Shown here piece by piece: positions 12,785-23,988 of a stretch of DNA of 64,000 bases (position 1 is the stretch's first letter; each line of letters opens with the position of its first letter). The DNA is taken from the NCBI GenBank assembly GCA_964016885.1, contig OZ024742.1, positions 209,560,001 to 209,624,000 of the forward strand, read 5' to 3'. Both the position numbers and the translations under genes were made by a program. The DNA comes from Eledone cirrhosa (Eukaryota). The notes beneath the pieces were generated by a model. It was not told where the DNA came from. It ran no database searches and saw only the letters and a program-made list of their open reading frames with translations.

Positions 12785-14660
12785 AGGGAAAAATAGAACG
12801 GGAACAAAACAGAGAGGCAGTACGAACAAAGGTTTATTAGTTTCACGCTCTTGAGAGTGGGGGTGGACGACGTTTCGGGCATAAGCCCTTCTTCGGGCGA
12901 AAAGTGTGTGGGAAGAGAGTTCCGAGGGGGTGTAGAGGAGTGGAGGAGAGACATTTAGAAAAAAAGAGGGGAGGAAAAACTGTGGAAGGGGTACAAATAA
13001 AAATAAATATAAAAAAATAAAAATAAAAATAAACATGAAGATAAACAAGTGCTGGAAGGTTGTGAGGCGTGTATGGGTGGTGGCGTGTGTAGTGGGGAGA
13101 TGTAGGCGGGGTGTCCGAGCGGGGAGGGCTGAGGGTGGTGTATGTGTGTAGGTGTACGTGTATGTGTGTGTATGTGAATGTGAGAGTTGGGGTTCCATGT
13201 TCAGGAAAAGGTGTGTGGGGTGGGTTGGGGTCTAGGTCGGTGTGGGGGTGCGCGTGCGCGTGTGCATGGGGATGGGTCAGAGGGGGAGAGGATTCCGGAG
13301 GCTGAGTGTGTATATATGTGGGGGTACGCACGTGTGGGGGTACGCACGTGTGTGTGGTGTTTATACGTATTGTATATGTAGGTGATGTGGTTCGACAAAA
13401 GATTTTTGTGAGTGTATGTCCGTGGGTAAGTTCCTAAGGTAGTTCCGTAGAGGGTGTGGTGGGTGGCCGGATATTTTCCTTGTGATGGAGTTGATGGTGA
13501 GAACGATGGCCAATGGTGTGTAATCCGTGGTTGTGTTGGTCGGAAGAGAGGATGGTGGGGCGCGCGCGCAACAGGAAGTGGTCAGAAGGTCATGGCAGGA
13601 GGAGGGTAGAAAAAGACAAGTGGAGAGGGCTGCGTGTCTGTGTGTGCGGAGAAGTGGTCAGAGGGTCAAGGCATAGCAGCAGTAGAGGAGAATGGCAGGT
13701 GGAGAAAGTCAGTGTGTCAATGTGTGCGGAGGTGAGGTGGACAGAGGAGAGGATGGGTAGGTGTGAAAGGTAGAGTGGGGAGGGTGTCGTGCAGGGGGAT
13801 GGGCTGTGTATTAGTAGAGGTGTTAGTGGGATGTGTATGTGTGTGTGTGTGTGTGTGAAGGGGTGTGGGTGGAGAGGGGAGAGGGAGAGAAAGATGTGGG
13901 GGACGATGGAGGGAGTGTAGTGTACTGGTGTGTGTGTGCGTGTTTGGATGATTGTGTGTGTGGTGAACGGGGGTGCTAGTAGGTGTTAGTATACTGGTGG
14001 TGGAGAAAGTGTTGAGATGCGGGTGTGTTAGTGGGGGTCAGTGGTGGTGTAAGTGTGTAGAGTGGGTGGTGTAAGTGGGTGTGGGTGGGTGTAGGTGTTC
14101 GTGTGCGTGGGATAGAGGGGATATTAGTGGTATTAGTTGTGGGGTGGTGAGAGTGGATGTGTGGGTGAGGTTTAGTGGTGGTAGTAGGGTGTGTGGATAG
14201 TGTGAGTGCGTGTATATATGTATCGGTGCGTGTGCGCGTGATAGGGGGATGTTAATATTGTCAGTTGGGGAGGGTGGTCGGGGGTGGGGTGGGTATGTTA
14301 ATATCGTTAGTTGTGGGGTGGGCGGTGAAAAGGAGGAGTGTGTTAGTGGTGTTAGTGGGGGATATGTGTGGGGGGAACAGGGCGGTCGAAGGCTAAAGAA
14401 ATAGGGGTGGGGAGTTCAGGCCGTGGGGAGTGTGGGTCTGTAGGGTGAAAACGGTGCGTTGTTCGACCCTGAGGCGTTGTTTTTCGTTGTTTTGGTATTG
14501 TATGGTTGGGTTTTGCCTACCGCAATTTTCAATTTGTCAAGCTATTTAAACGTAATGTTATTAATCTAAGGACCTACTCTCATTGAGTGCTTTGCTACTC
14601 ATTCCTATTGTAGGTCGACTTTGCTTGGCCACAGCCAAAGCTTCGATTTTACTAAGCTTC
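12785..14660 (-). mobile_element. Non-coding Penelope-type 3' region/pseudo-LTR ending in a hammerhead-like motif and AATAAA
   Basis: Strongly strand-biased (GT-rich on +) segment between TA tracts. The minus strand ends with an HHR-like motif then AATAAA (~12833). Confidence 0.5.
12863..12899 (-). ncRNA. Hammerhead-like motif (CCGAAGA core), stem I weak
   Basis: CCGAAGA-A-GGGC-TTAT-GCCC-GAAAC-GTC-GTC. Confidence 0.55.
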
Positions 14661-14664
14661 CACT

Positions 14665-14703
<39 letters not shown>

Positions 14704-14811
14704 GTTTGTAGTTGTAAGGCCAAGATAATGCAGGTATGGATATAGAATATAAATGCAAATGCAAAAGATATTGTTGACAATTAGTCTTTTACCTTAAATT
14801 TATTTAAATAT

Positions 14812-14846
14812 CCTTAATTTTCGAGATAATATCTCTTCTTCAGAGG
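14812..14846 (-). ncRNA. Minimal hammerhead-like motif (CUGAAGA core)
   Basis: cct-CTGAAGA-A-GAGAT-ATT-ATCTC-GAAA-ATTA-agg. Confidence 0.65.
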
Positions 14847-16054
14847 GAAGTATAGTGGTTAATCCAGTATTCTAATTAGCTTGCCATTTCAAGATGACAG
14901 GAAATAATTTCCATTCTATCTCTAATGTCAAAGAGTGAAGGTTAGGTGGATAAAGAGTAGTCTCCCTTTAAAGGGGGTTTTGTACATGTATGTTTAAGTG
15001 TGTGAGAGAATACTTGAAGGCGTAAGTATGTGTGTGTGTGTGTGTGAGAGAGAGAAGATATGTCTATACGTAAATGTGGGGACTAGATGCTCTATCATGT
15101 TAAAACTGGTCTTTATGTGTGTATGTGTGTGTGTGAGAGAGAATAAGTGGAGGTGTAAGCGCGTGTGTGTGCGTGTGCGTGTGTGTGTGCGTGTGTGTGT
15201 GCGTGTGCGTGTGTGTGAGAGGGGGTGTATGTGTGGGGCTAGGTGCTCTATCAGGTTATAAATTGGGTGTTGAGTTCTAGTCTATTATTGATTGGTGGTT
15301 GTGTTTTGTCTATAATCAGTGCTTCCTTAATTCTAAGATTGCCGAGGTTTCTTTCCTTAGTTTCTATCCTAACTGTTATGTTTTTGTCGGAGTTTTTCCA
15401 TTTCACTAGATGTTTCTTAAATGAGCACCTTAAAAGAACACCTCAATACTAACGCTTCCTCATTTAAGAAAAACCTAGTGAAATGCCAAAACACCGACAA
15501 AAATATAACAGTTAGGATAGAAACTAAGGAAAGAAACCTCGGCAATCTTAGAATTAAGGAAGCACTGATTATAGACAAAAACAACCAGCAATCAATAATA
15601 GACTAGAACTCAACACCCAATTTATAACATGATAGAGCACCTAGCCCCACACTTACACCTCCCTCTCACACACACGCACACGCACACACAGACGCACACG
15701 CGCAAACACACACTCATACACACACGCTTAAACCTCCACTTATTCTCTCTCACATACACATACATACACACACACAAAGACCAGTTTTAACTTGATAGAG
15801 CATCTAGACCCCACATTTACGTATAGACATATCTTCTCACACTCACGCACACACACAAACAGGCATACTTACGCCTTCACGTATTCTCCCACACACTTAA
15901 ACATACATGTACAAAACCCCTTTTAAAGGGAGACTACTCTTTATCCACCTAACCTTCACTCTTTGACATTAGAGATAGAATGGAATCTCTATACCATTTC
16001 CTGTCAGCATGACTTGGCAACCTAATTAGAACACTGGATTAACAACTTTACTTC

Positions 16055-16089
16055 CCTCCGAAGAAGAGATATTATCTCGAAAATTAAGG
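16055..16089 (+). ncRNA. Minimal hammerhead-like motif (CCGAAGA core)
   Basis: cct-CCGAAGA-A-GAGAT-ATT-ATCTC-GAAA-ATTA-agg, the mirror of 14812-14846. Confidence 0.65.
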
Positions 16090-16244
16090 ATATTTAAATA
16101 AATTTAAGGTAAAAGACTAATTGTCAACAATATCTTTTGCATTGGCATTTATATTTTATATCCATACCTGCATTATCTTGGCCTTACAACTACATACGTA
16201 TATACCTCATTATACAATACTTCAAGTGAATTACAACTTCCTGC

Positions 16245-16280
<36 letters not shown>

Positions 16281-16403
16281 AACTGTGAGATCCTTGGTAC
16301 AGTTAGGTATATTTGAAAAAAAGGAAAAGAATTACTTCACTTGTAGTGTTAAAACATGTTATGATTTAATATTATAATATAATATAATATTATAATGTTA
16401 TAT

Positions 16404-16540
16404 AGAGTTACGGCCCTTGCCATTCTGAGTTCAAATCTCGCCGAGGTTAACTTTACCTTTCATCCTTACGAGGTCGATAAAATAAGTGCCAGTAATGCAC
16501 TGGGTAATTGCTGGCCTTGTGCCAAAAGTAGAAACAATTA
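16404..16540 (+). mobile_element. SINE family A, 5'-truncated
   Basis: Matches 12595-12730. Confidence 0.88.
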
Positions 16541-16563
16541 TATTATGAGTTGGTAGATCCAGT

Positions 16564-16650
<87 letters not shown>

Positions 16651-16651
<1 letters not shown>

Positions 16652-18810
16652 CGAGGGAGTTGTGGTAAGGAACCAGATGGACCATAACGCACCAGACTAC
16701 TCAATACTTAGTGTAGTAGAGTGGGTAATTGGAAAAAGTATGACCCCGACGGCAGATCTCAAGCCGTTTCGACGACTATTTCTGGACTAAATTAGAATTT
16801 TTAGCGTGGTAAATAAATAACTAAACTTTTCAAGGGGTAATTCCTTATATGGGAAGATTGTAGTTGTCAAGTGGATTGGTCAAAATTTCTTGTAAACACA
16901 ATTAAGTCTATCCTGGCAGTGGGTGGGAGGTGGGGGTAACTGAATTTGCTTGTAGTACAGTGAGGGAGTGGGTGGAGCCGGTCAAGCGTTGAAAGTGAAT
17001 TCTATACAGCACATTATAAGGTTTGTTTATGAAACTAGGTTAAAGGAAGCAGGCGAGAAAGGATTCTGGAGAAAATAGAGAAGGGACGTTATAGAATAGG
17101 TAAATCAATTGAGATTAGAAGATAATAAATAAGAAAAATATATATAAAAATATAAAATTGGATAGTAAGAAGTGATAAAAAAATCTCTAGAGTCTACAAC
17201 AGCTGCTATATTTAGTTGGTGTTGAGTTTTCGGCCAATGCTATAGAATAGGTTAATAAGTTGAGAATAGAAGATACTAAATAAGTTGAGAATAGAAGAGT
17301 GTAAATAAATAAAAAATATTATGAAAGTATAGAATTAGGTAGTAAAAAGTAATACAAAATCTCTGGGGTCTAAAACAGCTGCTATAATTAATTGGTATTG
17401 CGTTTTCGGCCAATGCTATCTATAATTTACTGGGGTGGGGGTACTGAGGCTACAAAGGCCCGATGGGCTGCCTCAGGTTAGGCGAAAGGAGAAAAAGGAA
17501 AATGAAGAGGATATGGAGTGGAAGGAAGTGATAGGAAGAGATAAAGGGAAGAAGAAAATAGAAAGGAAAAGAAAAGATGTACATCTACCTTTGTTAGCTG
17601 GGGTTTCCCCTAACTTGTTCGGCAAGTGGGGAAAAGGGGGGTGTTGCAGCCATTGTCTAACCACCAGGGTCATTAGGGGGTTTGAGGGCGAGATAAGTCC
17701 TACGCAATCGGTCTTTGCATGCAGGTACAAGTTCGTCTATTTTGTTTGGGAGTTGCTCCTTCGTAAACAGCATTTGTAATGTTTCATCCGAGCATAAGTT
17801 ACACGGACGGCGTCTTCCCGTGTAGGAGTTAGCCCTGGACAGTAAGCTCCAAGTAAGATTGCATATTATGTTATTATCTTGGAGGTCCCAGATGTGGCTC
17901 GAAAGTGTAGTGGCATGTCGCAGGGCCGGGTTCCGGAACGTATGTCGGTGTTGGTAGAGCCTGGTCTTAAAATTACAAGCGGTTAATCCTATATAAACTT
18001 TGTTGGAGGTGTCCGTCCTCACGTTGCATTGGTAGATCACGTTACGTTCTCGGCATCTGTTGTTGAGGGGGCACGTAGATCTATCAGAGCAGTTACACCT
18101 CCTGGTTGGCTCTCCACTAATATCTAGATTGTTTCTTCCATAGGGGTTCAATTTTTGTTGTTTGAGGAGGCGACGTTTTGTGCAAAGTTGGGTGTGGTGC
18201 TGTAGGAGAGTTTAGTGTATACTGTTTTTGTTGATTATGTTGTGGTAGCGGTGTTGTGGTGGGAAGTGTTTCTCGATGAGCCTAAAGAAGATTTTCCCGA
18301 TAGGTGTTGCCACCTCGACATTGTGAGGGAGGGTTGAACCATGTTACGTGGCGTGAGCGGCCGCGTCACCTGCTGGTTCCGATAAGGGAAGCTGGATAAA
18401 AGGATATTTCCTCCCGGAAGCCACTTCGCTTGAGGGCCTGATTATAATGAGTCGCAAGTTCATCGAATATCTGCTCATTAGCGGACAAACGAGATATGCG
18501 GAGGGATATATTTTTAACTAGGTTATTGGTGATGTTTCTAGGATGGTTAGAGCGGCGGTGGATGTAGTGCAGGTTGTCGTTTGCTTTTCTGTATGGATAG
18601 TACAGATCATTTTCGAGGTTGAGGGTAACCTCCAGGAAATTGACTCGGGTTAGGGACGTTTGTAGGGTGATTTTAAATCCCCAGTCCCGGGAGCAGTTGA
18701 TTAGTTGTTTACGGACCTGGTCTGTACTACTGGGGTTGTACCCTTTGAGGATAAGGAGCCCATCGTCTCGGTACAATCCACCGTGGGTACTGTGTCTAGA
18801 GTTATGTATA
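16651..18810 (-). mobile_element. 5'-truncated Penelope-like retroelement (RT YRDD/thumb, GIY-YIG, 3' UTR with ~150-180 bp tandem duplication at 17091-17418)
   Basis: GLYRDDGL, VNFLEVTLNL, YIHRRSNHP, CNC..CPLNNRC..NVIYQC..VYIGLT..FKTRLYQH, CNLC. Frameshifts present. Confidence 0.93.
16744..16837 (-). ncRNA. Type I hammerhead-like motif with U3/A8 covariant core (UUGAAAA)
   Basis: cccc-TTGAAAA-g[...]c-GAAAC-GGC-ttgagatct-GCC-GTC-gggg. Stems I and III are well formed, stem II is imperfect and long. Confidence 0.6.
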
Positions 18811-19278
18811 GAGAGCGTAATCGGTCCTAACTAAGTGTGTATGTAATACGACTAGCTTTATCCCAACTGAGAGAACTCAATGGTTAGAGTATCTTAAAGT
18901 AAAGGTAAGTGCGCGTAATCGGCCATGCCTGAGTGTGCGATCAATTACTAACTAGGTATACTAAGTGTGTAATCAATCTAACTATTTACTACCTAGGTAT
19001 TCTAAAAAAAGTGTACTCAGCTGTGAGAACTCCGTGGAAACAGGCCGACTATCGTTTGTAAGTGCGCAAACAATCTTAGCCGTATAACTACCTGAGTATG
19101 TGACTGTCTGTTTATTGAGAGAACTCTATGGCTAAAGTAGATAGGGAGGAGTTAGTGGTAGGTTACCTTCCAAAAATCCTGCGGAAGGTTTTCGAGGTTC
19201 TATGTTGGCAGTTGCTGAAAAAATCAGCTCTCCTATTAATTAATAGGGGGCCGCCTCTAATAATATTAAAGGTTTCAG

Positions 19279-19343
19279 CTATACATAAATTGCAGACGCC
19301 AGTGCTATAAGGTATAGCACTAGCGTCTGCAATTTATGTATAG
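19279..19343. repeat. 31-bp-arm hairpin (3-nt loop) at the broken 3' end of the long Penelope ORF
   Basis: ctatacataaattgcagacgccagtgctata-agg-tatagcactagcgtctgcaatttatgtatag. Confidence 0.95.
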
Positions 19344-21946
19344 GGTTGGGCTGAGCAAACTATTGACCAGGATAATGAGTGCTCTATATTCTGATGTTTA
19401 AGCTTCCCGACTAATTCAGAAAGTGCCGTGCTATTTTTTTAATCTAATCTATTAAAGGTATGGCGGTGATTATACCATCTATCCTTAAATTCTGTGGCAG
19501 TTGCCACAACATACCTAAAGGTTCTATCAGGAGTGGAGAGCTTACAGTCGTAGACTATGTTTTTGGTAAGGCATTTCCCAGCCATGGGACATGTGGCCGT
19601 GCTTCTACAGTTACATTTTTTGCTATCGACCTGGGTAGTACCAGATGGACCACGGTACCTTCGGGGTCGAGTCTCAGTTCGTGTCTGCTCTATGGGTAAA
19701 TTCCCTGGGGTTGGGGAGACCCGACTCGCCTCATGTGTATGAGTCAGTTCCTCCATAGAGCTGCCATTGTTCCTGCCATGCCTAATTCCCTCTTGGGCTG
19801 TCCTAAGTCTACTATAATTCATCTTAACTATATTCTGAGCTATGTTACTAGTTGTGGAGTAGGACAGCTTGATGGTATTCCTATTGAATATTTTATAATA
19901 TCTGTGCGATCTAGGGAAGCATTTGTCTAAGGCCCTAAAGAAAAGCTTAGCTATACTAGTGGTCAGGCCAGTGGAGTAAGGGGGATTATACCACAGGACT
20001 TTTCTGGTCCGATGCCTCTTGTTCTTACTAACTATATTAGAGTTACCTGTCTCCCTAGTAGTTACTGGTCTATTGTAACTGGAAATTACCTGTGGGTCGA
20101 TGGTGTCCTGGGGTGTCACGATTGTGTTCGGAATCGTCCCAAGTCTCCAAGGCGGTGAACCCCCCGTGCGGCCATTGGGATTACCCTCGATAGCCGGGGT
20201 TATATCCTCTATGCGTCTGCTACACCTGTCCCTATTCCCCTTACTTGACCCTCGTTCCATACTGCGTTCAACGGTAGTTTAATCGGTTCTACAATTAACG
20301 TTACCATTAGAGTTTCCGCTGGCGTTACGTTGCTCAGACCCCGTGTTAGTACCTGGGTGGTTGTTTCTATTGGTGCCAACAGCATTAGGACTAGGCGGCA
20401 ATACAACATGAAGTCTATATAAATTCTCCCTCGTATTACGCCTGCTGTTAACTAGAGTGTCACTATTTAGGCCTAAGCTATCGCAGGCAATGTTGCTTCT
20501 ACTATTTAATGGACGTTTGAATGAGATTCCCTCGCTATGCCCCGCGCGTTCCAGGGCGCTATTATAGTAATTCGAGATCTTATTAAAGGTATCTTCATTG
20601 GAAGATAGTCCTGAAATTCTACTAGAGACGCTTTTGGTAATACCGTTAGTGACTATTCTAGGGTGGTTCGATTTTGCGTTGACATAGTTTAAATTCTCGT
20701 TGGGTTTGTGGTAGGGTTGGAAGAGTCCTGAATTGAGGTTAAGTGTAACATCTAGAAAATTAACTATCTTTAAGTTCTCTTCAAATACTATACTTAGGTC
20801 TATGTTCTTGAAGAATTTGCTTAGTTTTTTCCTCACCCTCTCTACCGTGCTATTATTATGGAACGACACAGTAAACAAAACGTCGTCACGGTAAGCGCCA
20901 CCTCCCAAGTGGGGCATTTCCACTCCGAGACAGTCAAGGAGGTAAAGCCCCACCAGATCCGTCACCTGGGCCGAGTCCGTGGATCCCATGGTGATGTCGA
21001 AATTGTCTGGCCAATCCTTCCTGGTCCACAGGTCACCGTTGAATTCAATTAGGGTTTTCCTAGCTAGGAGAATAATGTTAATTTCTTCGGATGTAAGGTC
21101 GGTGTGTAAGCTAGCAAAGTTAAGGGCTCCACTTAGAAGAGTTGAAGAGTAGTAATTAGAGATATCGAACTGTATAAACTTAGTGCTATTCTTATTCTGC
21201 GATTTCTCGAACCAGTTAATTACCTCACTAGTTCCTGACCACAATTTGAGCTTCGATCTCCTAACTAGAGTGGGGGTTATTTTATCAAGGATGTTTTTAC
21301 TTACGGTTCCTATGTCTGACTTCGAAGGGGCTATCAGCCTGACAGGTCTAGATGATTCAAAGTCCAATTCGTGGTCTTTCAGCAAAATACTCGGAGTTCT
21401 AGGGTGGAAGGGTTGGGTTTTATCCTCAATACCCAGTTTAGTCATGACGCTATTGCCCTCCGTGTTAATTAAATCCAGGTTGACCCGTGTAGTTTTTCTG
21501 TAGCTTTTCCTAAGTTCTCTAGTTATCAAATCGTCATAAGTTACTCTATCCATATCGTACAGGTTGTTAGTCTTGTCTGCTTGCACCAACATGCCGGTCG
21601 AGTTCTTTAATTTAACTAGATCACCATTTAGTCGTCTTAGGTAGCTTTTTCTTCTGAGTGGGTTTTTCCTAAACTTAAGATTGGAAACTATGTTAGACAT
21701 TTCAGTCTCGAATTCTTCCAAGTATTTATTGTGTGGTGGATTTCTTCTGGATTTGAATATGTCCTCGATGCCGCGCGTTCCCTCCTTGGGGTGGTTTGTT
21801 GGTGTTCTTCTGTCGAAGTGGAAGGCCTTTCAAAACATTCTACGGACAAAGGAATCCGATTTACCTATGGCCAACCTTGTGAATTATTTTATGTTGGGCA
21901 AAAGGATCTCCTTATGTGAACAGTTCACCGAGATTTTCTCCATCAT
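19313..21946 (-). mobile_element. Near full-length Penelope-like retroelement ORF (RT + GIY-YIG), inactivated by in-frame stops
   Basis: QADKTNNLY, PVRLIAP, FIQFDISNYY, FDITMGS.DSAQVTDLVG, AYRDD, NFLDVTLNL, SNHP, VLWYNPPYS, CNC..CP..GKC..NIVY. One frame from ATG 21946 with about 4 stops. Confidence 0.95.
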
Positions 21947-22462
21947 ATTCCTTGTTTAACAGCATTAAGTGCTCAACAAAAATAGGAGCTTTAAGTTTTT
22001 ATATAGTAAGATGCATTATTGGTTGTGTAAAATGGTCCAATAAATTTATGTTAGCAATATTAAGTTCTCCACGCTTTTGTATATCTCCAATTCCATTCAA
22101 GGGAACAGCTAGATGATGTTTAACGGAGTATAAGTATCAAAATGAAAATCTTATTGGCTAATTTCATCGTCTTATTGGCTAATCAACCAACGAGACTAAT
22201 TGTTGCTCAAAAGCATCCGCCACTTTGTTTCCACGTTTATTTATCGTTTCGCTTTCGAATCTTCCTCCAGTATTTCGTCGTTTTATCATGAAAATATTTT
22301 TCTCGTTTTGCTAAGTTATATTGTTAATTTATATATTTTTTAAATTTATATTAACTATTAAATGTCTGAAAATATTTTTATACATCTTACAATAATATTT
22401 ATAAGATCATTTATAAAATAACAATTATATAATCTAATTACATTACAACGATAATTTATTTA

Positions 22463-22887
22463 AAAAATACGCAAGCTCAAATGAGCCACAGAATGTTATA
22501 ATAAACCTTCAAAAGTGTGGGACTAAAGTTGTTGCTCAAAAATATTGTAATCATTATCTATCGTACACTCTGTGGCATCCTTTTATAAAAAGAGACTCAT
22601 AACGAACTCAAGATGACAAGATAATTATTTAAATGAATTTATAATATAGAATTCGGTGTAAGTGCATTTCGTATTAATCATTACTAAACATCTAATATGA
22701 AATATTGAACATTAGCTTAACTAATTATTGTATCGTCTTGAGTTCGTTATGAGTCTCTTTTTTATAAAAGGATGCCACAGATTGTACGATAGATAATGAT
22801 TACAATATTTTTGAGCAACAACTCTACTCCCACACTTTTGAAGGTTTATTATAACATTCTGTGGCTCTTTTGAGCTTGCGCATTTTT
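22463..22887. repeat. Inverted repeat, ~165-bp arms (22463-22627, 22722-22887), ~94-bp spacer; MITE- or Helitron-end-like
   Basis: Arms are reverse complementary with few mismatches. The right arm ends in a gctc-tttt-gagc hairpin then CTAG|T(AT)n at 22893-22897. Confidence 0.9.
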
Positions 22888-22952
22888 CAGGTCTAGTATA
22901 TATATATATGTGTGTGTGTGTTTGCGTACGTTACTCAAACTGTGTATAGCGT

Positions 22953-23051
<99 letters not shown>

Positions 23052-23988
23052 TGCGTTGTATTCATATATATATGCGTGGTTCTTACGTGAGTTTGTATGT
23101 CTGTGTAAACATCTATGTGTCTAAAAAAAAATGCCCGACTTAGAAAAAAAATCTAAATTTCCATTAGTCAGTTTTATAAAGCTTAAGACATTTTTCTCTT
23201 TCTTTTATATTCTAGTGTAATTATGAAAACCGTTTTTCTTCTCAACTAATCAACATTTGTTTTTAAAAGAAATTAAAAAAATAAATAGAGAAACAAGAGC
23301 TTTGAAAGTTGTAAATATCTTGCAATAGAGTATATTAGTAATATAATGAAATAACTTTGATAATAAAAATCGATACGCTCAACGAGACAGGCGCAAATAA
23401 TAAATTAGATTGAGGTTATTCATCATATCCTTTGTAACAGAAAAGGAAAGAAAGGGATGTGTTATTAAAATATAATAGAATGTTAAAATATAACAACTGG
23501 TTTCTTGTGATGTCGTTGAGTGTTGTATAAACTTCCAGACGGACAGAAATATAAAAGATTTTAGATCAAATTACCGTATGAGGGAATATGATGGCTGTCT
23601 TATTTTCCATACAATAATTTGTGTTCAAGCTCTTTCTTCATAGGTTATCAAGTAAAATTGTGTTTAATTACTCGCCATGCTGGTATTGGTCGTGAAATCG
23701 TTTTAATGCGTTTAAGACATAATATTGACTAACAAACGAATTGGAGCCTGATTGAAATAGATGCGCTTCAATTCTTTTTTAAAACTGATAATCTACATTA
23801 TAACCCTCAAAATCACCTCACTAGTATCATTAACTAGTTACTAGCGTGTAGTTGAAGGTTATCAAAAGTGTTTCCTTGAAGAGAGCTCATGCCTAAAAAT
23901 AAAGATAACGGCAGTTGATATTCTGTTCAGAGCCCAGCATGTAGAACTGAAATGTAAAATGTATAATCTAAAATTGACGTGTACATAA

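Larger units (their letters stand above)
14702..16199. repeat. Long inverted repeat of a Penelope-like 3' end; arms ~14702-15425 and ~15459-16199, spacer 33 bp
   Basis: Arms are reverse complementary at roughly 90% identity. The centre encodes a GIY-YIG C-terminal piece (LKEH...LRIKEALII). TA tracts on both sides, with a ~50 bp tail on the right. Confidence 0.95.
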
